Shown one piece after another: positions 1 through 7,020 of a stretch of DNA of 64,000 nt. The translations under genes and the position numbers were made by a program. Within the stretch, counting starts at the first letter, position 1, and each line of letters begins with the position of its first letter. Source of the stretch: Enterobacter phage KKP_3711; the sequence record PP579741.1. One strand, given 5' to 3'. The notes under the pieces were generated by a model. The model was not told where the DNA came from, did no database searches, and saw only the letters and a list, made by a program, of their open reading frames with translations.

Positions 1-922
1 CGTTGATCATTTGTTCAACGTTAAGAGATTGGATTGCGCCCAACATAGCACCTTGCAGCATTGCGTCAGCTACTAATTTCGCTTTGTCATTATTTGGGGC
101 AAAATTATCTACCGCAAATTTAAACAGGTTAGCAACAGCCAATTCACCCAGCGCCGTTTCAAGATAGCCACGCGCCATCATTGGTACTGCTGGTTTGACC
201 AGTTTAACGGCTTGCTTAACAGCGATACGACCCGCTTCAATTTTAGCTACAGATACAGCGGCAGATTTGTTAGCAGTTACAATGTTAGATACTTTAGTCA
301 TTTTTACTTCTCCAGTTGAATTTTGATTTTGGGTTACAGCGTTGTTAGTGTTATTGATTTTTGCGGGCTTGTCAAATTTATTTTCTAAGTAACCGCAATT
401 ACTATATAACCAGTTGTCAGGATATTGATACTCATTCTCAGGAATAATGTACTTGTCAGGTAGTACACCAAAGTAACCGATATTAGCATCACTTACAGTA
501 ATACTAGTAAAATCAGCATGTAACGCCATAGATAGCACGTCTGTGATCTGTTTTTTACCATCCCACTGTACCTTACCATTTAAAGAAATGGAGGCACTAT
601 CTACAGGCCGCATAAATACAAAATGTAATTCTGTGCCGTCAAACTTTAACAAGATAGCATCAGGATTAGCTTTTCTGCGATGATTTGCAAAAAACGTATC
701 ATTACTGTATACAAATACAGTAGCGCCATGATTTAGAAGTCCTGTTACACCTTCCGCATTATGGCGAAATGATTCTGATAATTCCCCATCTTCTGTAAGG
801 GTGCCTACAGTATCAACGGCAATATTTACCGCCCGTGGATTACCTACACCATTGAAAAACTTTTCAAAGGCTTGATGCGTGATAGCTGTTTTATCACTCA
901 CAAACCAATCATACGTTTGCAT
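1..922 (-). CDS. hypothetical protein (C-terminus runs off left edge; not in supplied ORF track)
   Basis: Hand translation of the reverse strand from ATG at 922-920 gives an uninterrupted ORF of more than 300 codons to position 1 (MQTYDWFVSDKTAITHQAFEKF...). GAGG Shine-Dalgarno 9 nt upstream. An in-frame internal ATG at 301-299 has a GGAG SD as well. Confidence 0.45.
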   Translation of the reverse strand, partial: MQTYDWFVSDKTAITHQAFEKFFNGVGNPRAVNIAVDTVGTLTEDGELSESFRHNAEGVTGLLNHGATVFVYSNDTFFANHRRKANPDAILLKFDGTELHFVFMRPVDSASISLNGKVQWDGKKQITDVLSMALHADFTSITVSDANIGYFGVLPDKYIIPENEYQYPDNWLYSNCGYLENKFDKPAKINNTNNAVTQNQNSTGEVKMTKVSNIVTANKSAAVSVAKIEAGRIAVKQAVKLVKPAVPMMARGYLETALGELAVANLFKFAVDNFAPNNDKAKLVADAMLQGAMLGAIQSLNVEQMIN

Positions 923-1190
923 GATATTTCCTCTCACTCGTTAGTTGGTAGAGCTATTATGTGCCCTAGTAATGAGATAGGCGAGAAAAAAGAAAATGTT
1001 TTTTATTCCTTGCCTAACTAACTTTTTTATGGTAGACACCCGCGCCCGTCCTTAAAACGGGCTACGCTAGCACCTATCAAGTAATACTATAATAAAGGGT
1101 GTAGCGAGAAAACGGCGTAGAACGCGATTTAGGCCGCTTAAATTTAATTGCAGTTGTTACTTCTACCATTTTACCCTGTATATTTATACA

Positions 1191-1222
1191 GTAGGATAAC
1201 CTGTGGATAAGTCAGGGGATAA
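1191..1222. promoter_or_regulatory. cluster of three helically phased DnaA-box-like 9-mers
   Basis: GTAGGATAA, TGTGGATAA (perfect reverse complement of TTATCCACA) and AGGGGATAA at 11-12 bp spacing. Preceded by the CTGTATAtttATACAG palindrome at 1176-1191. Confidence 0.5.
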
Positions 1223-2058
1223 CGTCCCTAAATTGATCCTATAATGTCAAATCTTTTTGTGCTGTGAATAACTTTGTGTATAACCTAAATGATAGTGTTT
1301 ATCATCTAGCAAGGTAGTTCCGTTGTGTTATTATTTCTCTTTAATTTATGTGAATATTATATAATAAAAAATAGTAAGTTGGCTAATGAGTTTTTACCTA
1401 ATAATACCTAATGGTTACTAATAATTAGCTAACTATAGAATTTAATTTCCATGCGTGATCATCCCCACCAGCAAACGTAACGCCCGAAATGATTAGCCTG
1501 CTAATAGTCGCGCGGCGCAGTTATGATTAGCGTGCTAACTATAACGTCATGAAACTACTTAACCTGTTTTGGATTTGTCAACCATTATTTGCAGCATTTT
1601 ATGCTTTTTTGAAAAATCAAGCGGATAACTCATTAAATTTCATTTTTGCTTTTTGTATAAGTTACTAACAGGGTCTAAAACGCTCTGTAACGCGTTCTAA
1701 GCGATTCAGGCCAAAAGCTATGCCATTGCATAGGGTACATGCCGATCTCCTCACCACGAGCGAAATAGGTTTTGTCAATACCCTAGAAGCAAATAAAAAC
1801 AAATAAATTTCGTGACTTTTATTTATTTTCGTGTATCACGCGCCCGTTTCACTTATAAATAAGGCAGACTCCGCACGCCGTGACCCTAGCAGTTTTCTTT
1901 ACACTTCTTTACAAATATCCGCTTGCAAGGTTTAACGCTTTCCCCTAATATTTATCTCGTAGGACGGCAAGACGGAAACGAAAGGCAACCTACACCGCTC
2001 TTTAACAATTTGGCTTGCTCTTGTTTGCCCGTCTACTACCTAATAAGGAAAAGAGATT

Positions 2059-2178
2059 ATGGCTAAACAATTCGCAGATCTGGCAGACGTTCAAAAAGCA
2101 TTTAAAACAAATCGTAAACTCGGTTACTTTAAGGGTAACGCTTTGAAAAAAGCAGTTAAAGAAACTGCTAAAAAATAA
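2059..2178 (+). CDS. small basic pre-early peptide (39 aa) flanked by 21-30 bp direct repeats
   Basis: ATG at 2059 with AAGGAAAAGAG SD. ORF MAKQFADLADVQKAFKTNRKLGYFKGNALKKAVKETAKK. A hairpin plus T-run terminator follows at 2296-2324. Confidence 0.3.
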   Translation: MAKQFADLADVQKAFKTNRKLGYFKGNALKKAVKETAKK

Positions 2179-2295
2179 GTTTGACAAAGTTTTTTAACTA
2201 AGCTAACTTAATAACCAGACGGGCAAACAAAAGCAAGTCACCGCTCTTTAACAATTTGGAAATGGTAAAAGTATTCAGGCGTATTATCTACGTTT

Positions 2296-2324
2296 GCCTC
2301 TTATAATAATGAGAGGCTTTTTTA
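2296..2324 (+). terminator. rho-independent terminator
   Basis: GCCTCT-tataataatg-AGAGGC followed by TTTTTT. Confidence 0.55.
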
Positions 2325-2381
2325 GATAATATGTTAATATTATCTACTTAACCCTAAACTTAAATTATGGAGATATATACC

Positions 2382-2789
2382 ATGACTACTACTAAATCCG
2401 CTAAAACTGTAAAATCTACTGCTTTTGCATGGGATGAAGAAAACACCGCTAAAGCGGGCGATCTTTATAACCAGATGGTAGAAGAAAGCGGGGTTGAATT
2501 TGCAAACGAGAATCTCAAAGTAATTGCGGAGAAACTCGGCGCTAAATCTGCGGCTGCTGTGCGTTCCAAACTGGTTAGCGCTAAAGTGTACCAGAAAGCC
2601 GATACGCCGCGTAAAGTTGGCGGCGGTAGCTCAATCCGTAAAATTCATTATGTGCGTGCTCTGGTTAAGGCCGCAGAAGCTAAAGGTCTGGAAGTTGAAG
2701 CCGATGCGCTGGATTCTCTGGAATCTTCTAAGATGTCAGCGCTTAAAATCCTTGCTGATATTGCCGGAGTTCAGGTTACAGGTGAATAA
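2382..2789 (+). CDS. pre-early hypothetical protein
   Basis: ORF 2367..2789. The second ATG at 2382 has GGAGA SD 8 nt upstream. No recognisable motifs. Confidence 0.45.
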   Translation: MTTTKSAKTVKSTAFAWDEENTAKAGDLYNQMVEESGVEFANENLKVIAEKLGAKSAAAVRSKLVSAKVYQKADTPRKVGGGSSIRKIHYVRALVKAAEAKGLEVEADALDSLESSKMSALKILADIAGVQVTGE

Positions 2790-2852
2790 CGGTTAATTAA
2801 TGATAGCCAGTGCTTTTATAGGCTGGCTATAGTGAATTAACCCAATAATATA

Positions 2853-3092
2853 ATGGAGTTTATTATGATTAATATTTTTACTGTTATTGCGATCATGTTC
2901 TTAGCGGCAGTATTCTATATTCTAGAATTTTGCCACGCTAAAGAAAGGAATACATGGTTTAACGCAAAAGGCAATTTAAGCAAGGAATATCGTTTCCATG
3001 ATATTTCGTCTAAGCGTTGTTTATGGTTAGGTCGCTTATTCCTTATTTCGGGTATAGCTCTAGCCGTAATTGAGCAAATAACATTTATATAA
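2853..3092 (+). CDS. small hydrophobic (membrane) pre-early protein
   Basis: ORF with a long hydrophobic N-terminal segment (INIFTVIAIMFLAAVFYIL). Start may be the ATG at 2865 (GGAG 6 nt upstream). Confidence 0.4.
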   Translation: MEFIMINIFTVIAIMFLAAVFYILEFCHAKERNTWFNAKGNLSKEYRFHDISSKRCLWLGRLFLISGIALAVIEQITFI

Positions 3093-3183
3093 TTGCAAAT
3101 TATAACGTTAAGAGTTTATTCGATCTTTTGACGTTATATTTGGCAATTATCGCCATTTACCCTGAATTATAGGAGTTTTTTAT

Positions 3184-4857
3184 ATGTCTCGTATTTCCGC
3201 CGAAAATATTGCTCTTATCGTTAAACGTGCTGCTGGTTTAAACTATTTCGGCAAACGTCTGGACGATAAGAAAAATGAAGTCGCTGAAAAAATCAGCATG
3301 GAAGTATTCAATACGGCTAGCCGTTCGGCAGAAGTAAAACAGGTTATTGAAGATAATAAACCTGTAAAAGCTGATAAGCCAAAAGCCGAAAGGGTAGCGA
3401 AAGAAGATACTCGTCCAGTGGCTGCTGGTGCTATGAATAGTGCCGTTGATAACTGGAAAGTTAAAACGGGCAAACGCTTTATTCTTACTAGCATTCAAAA
3501 CAATACTTTCCCTCATGCTAACTTTTTAGCATCACTGGAAAAGGCCGCCGAATATCTCGGTGCTGAATTGCTGGTTAGCAAATATCTGTATAATAAAAAC
3601 GGATTCCAGAATGGGGAAGGCGGGAAAGATATTAAATTCGATTCTGCTTTCGATAAATATATTATTGAGGAAAACGTATTCCTTAATAATCGTGAATCTG
3701 GTTTCGCTTTTATGGCTGAATTAAACATTCTGCCTACTGCCTCTTATCCGCTGTCAGGATTCGCGGAAACGGCTACTGCATATGATCTTAAAGGTCTGGT
3801 AGTGGGTCACGCTAAAATTACTGCTGAGAGCGTGGCGGCGTTGAAGGGTGAATCTGTGCGCCGTTTATATTCAACTGGTACGGCTACACTGAAAAACTAT
3901 ATTCAGCAAAAGGCCGGACAAAAAGCCGAAGCGCTTCATAATTACGGTGCGCTGTTAGTTGAATTTGACGATGAAGGAACTTTCTTTGTCCGTCAACTGG
4001 AAGCTATGGATGCTAGCGGCGAATTTTACGATTTGAATCTTCATTTCACTCCTAGCGGAGTTAATGAAGTTACAGGTCATGTCTTAGCGCTGCAATATGG
4101 TGATATCCACGCCGAAAAAATTGATGATGAATGTGCTAGCGCGTCATGGAATAGTGAAGATTCATTGCTTGATATTCTCAAGCCGAAATATCAACTAATC
4201 CATGACGTTCATGACTTCACCAGTCGAAATCATCATAATCGTCAGAGCGGCGTTTTCCTTGCTGAGCAATATGCGCAAGGCCGTGACAAAGTGCTAGACG
4301 ATTTGATTGATACAGGTCGCATCCTTGAGCAAATGGATCGCCCATTCAGCCAAACGGTGATTGTTGAATCTAACCACGATTTAGCGCTCGCTCGTTGGCT
4401 TAATGACCCTAAAGCGAACATCACCCAAGACCCTGCAAACGCTCACCTATTCCATACTCTTAACGCCGCTATTTATGGTGCTATTGCAGACCGTGATACT
4501 AGTTTTAACGTTCTGGATTATGCGCTACGTCAGGTTGCAGGTTGCGATTTTGCCGCCGTTTTCCTTTCAACGGATGAATCTTTTAAACTGGCTGGCATTG
4601 AATGCGGCTGTCACGGTCATAATGGCATTAACGGCAGTAAGGGAAGCCCTAAACAATTTGTTAAGTTGGGCAAGATGAACACAGGTCATACTCATACGCC
4701 TAGCATTTACGGCGGTGTATATACTGCTGGCGTGTCTGGTAGTCTGGATATGGGTTATAACATTGGTGCATCTAGCTGGAGTCAGACGCATATCATTACC
4801 TATGCAAACGGTCAGCGTACTTTGATTGATTTTAAAAACGGTAAATTTTTCGCTTAA
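3184..4857 (+). CDS. A1: A1-like pre-early protein, calcineurin-like metallophosphoesterase (host DNA degradation / second-step transfer)
   Basis: 557 aa (T5 A1 is about 556 aa as I recall). Metallophosphatase motifs GDIHA (about nt 4099), GNHD-type ESNHD, and GCHGHNG. AGGAG SD. Confidence 0.75.
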   Translation: MSRISAENIALIVKRAAGLNYFGKRLDDKKNEVAEKISMEVFNTASRSAEVKQVIEDNKPVKADKPKAERVAKEDTRPVAAGAMNSAVDNWKVKTGKRFILTSIQNNTFPHANFLASLEKAAEYLGAELLVSKYLYNKNGFQNGEGGKDIKFDSAFDKYIIEENVFLNNRESGFAFMAELNILPTASYPLSGFAETATAYDLKGLVVGHAKITAESVAALKGESVRRLYSTGTATLKNYIQQKAGQKAEALHNYGALLVEFDDEGTFFVRQLEAMDASGEFYDLNLHFTPSGVNEVTGHVLALQYGDIHAEKIDDECASASWNSEDSLLDILKPKYQLIHDVHDFTSRNHHNRQSGVFLAEQYAQGRDKVLDDLIDTGRILEQMDRPFSQTVIVESNHDLALARWLNDPKANITQDPANAHLFHTLNAAIYGAIADRDTSFNVLDYALRQVAGCDFAAVFLSTDESFKLAGIECGCHGHNGINGSKGSPKQFVKLGKMNTGHTHTPSIYGGVYTAGVSGSLDMGYNIGASSWSQTHIITYANGQRTLIDFKNGKFFA

Positions 4858-4917
4858 TTAAAATCTAATAGCGGGAATTAATATTCCCGCTAACCCTAAA
4901 TAACTGGAGAATATTAA

Positions 4918-5322
4918 ATGAAATTAGTTTTCGTATACCGCAACGGAAAAACTTTTACCGCTCGTAACGTTGAAGATATTCATATTGTTACAGGTGGCGG
5001 GAATGTTACGGGTATTAATTATATTCGTAATCTTGATTTTGAAACATATCAGCAAACAGGTGATATGAAAAAGCTAGATAAAAATGCTGGCTTGTTAGTA
5101 CGCCGCAATGGTGATCAACGCTGGCAAGAGGCTAGCGAAGCCGTATCAATCCGAGTAGACAAAGCTCAATTGAGCTACGTCATTGTAGAGGAAAAGCTCG
5201 TCTATACGGATTTAGTAGGATTGTTTGGTGATGTTAGCAATCGCAATATGGTAAGCGTTATTCCTTGCCTTGATTCTTACACTGCTGAAAATATCGCAGA
5301 CGTTCTAAAAACCATTAGCTAA
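4918..5322 (+). CDS. A2: A2-like pre-early protein
   Basis: 134-aa ORF immediately downstream of A1 with GGAG SD. Position and size are as in T5. No motif seen. Confidence 0.5.
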   Translation: MKLVFVYRNGKTFTARNVEDIHIVTGGGNVTGINYIRNLDFETYQQTGDMKKLDKNAGLLVRRNGDQRWQEASEAVSIRVDKAQLSYVIVEEKLVYTDLVGLFGDVSNRNMVSVIPCLDSYTAENIADVLKTIS

Positions 5323-5389
5323 TATATTCTAGCGGCTTTATAGTATAGGCCGCTAGTCAATATATTAACCCTGTAAAGGAGAGCTATAA

Positions 5390-6088
5390 ATGCAACAAAT
5401 CACTAATATTAATCTGTGGGATTTAGATGGTACAGTAATCAATTCCGCGCACCGTGTTTTACCTCTGCTGGATAGTGATGGTAATTTAGATCTAAATCGC
5501 TATCGTAATGAGGCCTGCAAACATGAATTAATTATTCAAGATTCATTGTTGCCACTGGTTGAATTAATGCGCCGCCAGATGTCAGCGCCTAATACAATCA
5601 ACTATATTATCACCGCTCGCGCCATGTCCAAGTCTGATTATTATTTCCTGCGTAAACAGGGATTGAGAGGTCGCAACGGTGACAATATCCAAGTATTTAG
5701 CCGTGATACTATTCATAAGTTTGCGCCGTTGGAATCGGTGAAACATATTTACAACTCTCGTGACGCTGATTATAAAGCGTTTTATTTTGATCATATTATC
5801 CGCTTACATGGTCGTGATAACGTTAATTATACTATGTATGATGATCATAAGGGTGTGCTAGAAAAGGCGCGTGAATATGGATTCAACGCCATAGACGCCA
5901 CGCAATTAAACGAGATGTTAACAATCGGCATTCAGTTAGCAAGCGAACAATTTCTGGAGGAAACTATTTCCGATGATTTAGATATTGATTATTTAAATCA
6001 AAGGTTGTCGTTTGCATGGCAACAATTAACAGAAGAAGAACAGGATTATTATTCTGTTAAGTATCCTAAACTAGCTCAGGCAGTTTAA
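5390..6088 (+). CDS. dmp: 5'-deoxyribonucleotidase, HAD superfamily (dmp-like)
   Basis: N-terminal DLDGTV (the HAD DxDGT motif) and AAGGAGAG SD. Size and position match the T5 pre-early dmp. Confidence 0.7.
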   Translation: MQQITNINLWDLDGTVINSAHRVLPLLDSDGNLDLNRYRNEACKHELIIQDSLLPLVELMRRQMSAPNTINYIITARAMSKSDYYFLRKQGLRGRNGDNIQVFSRDTIHKFAPLESVKHIYNSRDADYKAFYFDHIIRLHGRDNVNYTMYDDHKGVLEKAREYGFNAIDATQLNEMLTIGIQLASEQFLEETISDDLDIDYLNQRLSFAWQQLTEEEQDYYSVKYPKLAQAV

Positions 6089-6096
6089 TATAAGTT

Positions 6097-6134
6097 AGCT
6101 AACCATTCCACTTCGAATGGTTAGCTTTTTAATT
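6097..6134 (+). terminator. rho-independent terminator closing the pre-early operon
   Basis: AGCTAACCATTC-cacttc-GAATGGTTAGCT followed by TTTTTAATT, 9 nt after the dmp stop. Confidence 0.75.
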
Positions 6135-6281
6135 ATAACCATGCGTGATCATTCCACTTCGAATAGTAACGCATGGTAACTATCACGGTGGGCGGTAATT
6201 AGACTGCTAACTATCCCCCACCACTGTGGACCCACCCACATGTGTAACTTTTGAAAAATGGAGCAAAAAGTGTTATTAGCT

Positions 6282-6356
6282 CATAGGAAAGTTACATATG
6301 CATAGGAAAGTTACATATGCATAGAAAAGTTACATATGCATAGAAAAGTTACCCAC
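6282..6356. repeat. 19-bp direct tandem repeat, about 3.8 copies (CATAGRAAAGTTACATATG)
   Basis: Copies at 6282-6300, 6301-6319 and 6320-6338, with a partial copy at 6339-6353. Each carries a CATATGCATAG palindromic core. Confidence 0.85.
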
Positions 6357-6469
6357 AATCTCACATATAATTGCACCAAATCTCCCACCCAAACCACCCA
6401 ACAGACCCACAAATTGCCACATTTAGCACGAAATTCAACGACTTATACAAGCAATCCAATTCCAACTCC

Positions 6470-6868
6470 TTATAAATATGTAATTACACGAGGTTCTGTT
6501 AAAGAGAAAGAAACTAATACTGCAATATCATCCTCTTTAATATCGTAATCATCACGGAATACTAAGCCACCATCTTCAATAACCATTTTCCATGATTGGC
6601 CTGTAAACCTTTCGAGTCTATTACGAAGAATACCCGCAGCCTCAGAATCTAAATTATGAATCTGATCATACATATCAGACAGACTAAATGGATCCGCCGG
6701 CTTGGTTTTCAAATATAAGTCTAGTAATTTCCAGCATCTGTGATTAATATCCAGACAACTAGAACTATTCCATACTAACCAGCGATAAAATAATTGTAAC
6801 ATTATAACCACCCTAGCATAAAGAGAATCATTACTACTACAAAAATTAAGAAGATTAAAGTTCCGCAT
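6470..6868 (-). CDS. hypothetical protein, divergent from the pb5 gene (positional analogue of llp, but no lipoprotein signal)
   Basis: 132-aa ORF. Frame checked upstream: stop with no alternative start. No lipobox or signal peptide seen. Confidence 0.3.
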   Translation of the reverse strand: MRNFNLLNFCSSNDSLYARVVIMLQLFYRWLVWNSSSCLDINHRCWKLLDLYLKTKPADPFSLSDMYDQIHNLDSEAAGILRNRLERFTGQSWKMVIEDGGLVFRDDYDIKEDDIAVLVSFSLTEPRVITYL

Positions 6869-7020
6869 CCAAAACTATTAATCCATGAATCGTATACTTC
6901 TCCGCGTCTCATTGGCAATACCTTTTGTGAAGTTTAAAAATTAGTTTTACATTTTCTTCTATTTATTTTATAATTATAATATATTTTAGGTAACTTAGCA
7001 AATAAAATTTAGGAGAGATT

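Noticed and set aside
2002-2187. 61-aa minus-strand ORF
   Set aside because: It overlaps the SD-led 39-aa plus-strand ORF and the flanking direct repeats. Its composition is not protein-like and it has no SD.
3238-4791. Several 60-92-aa ORFs antisense or out of frame within the A1 gene
   Set aside because: They are nested entirely inside a strongly supported 557-aa gene with conserved motifs. These are typical spurious frames.
6336-6548. 70-aa plus-strand ORF with Thr/Pro/Gln low complexity
   Set aside because: It lies over the tandem repeat and noncoding region, has no SD, and its composition is driven by the repeat sequence.
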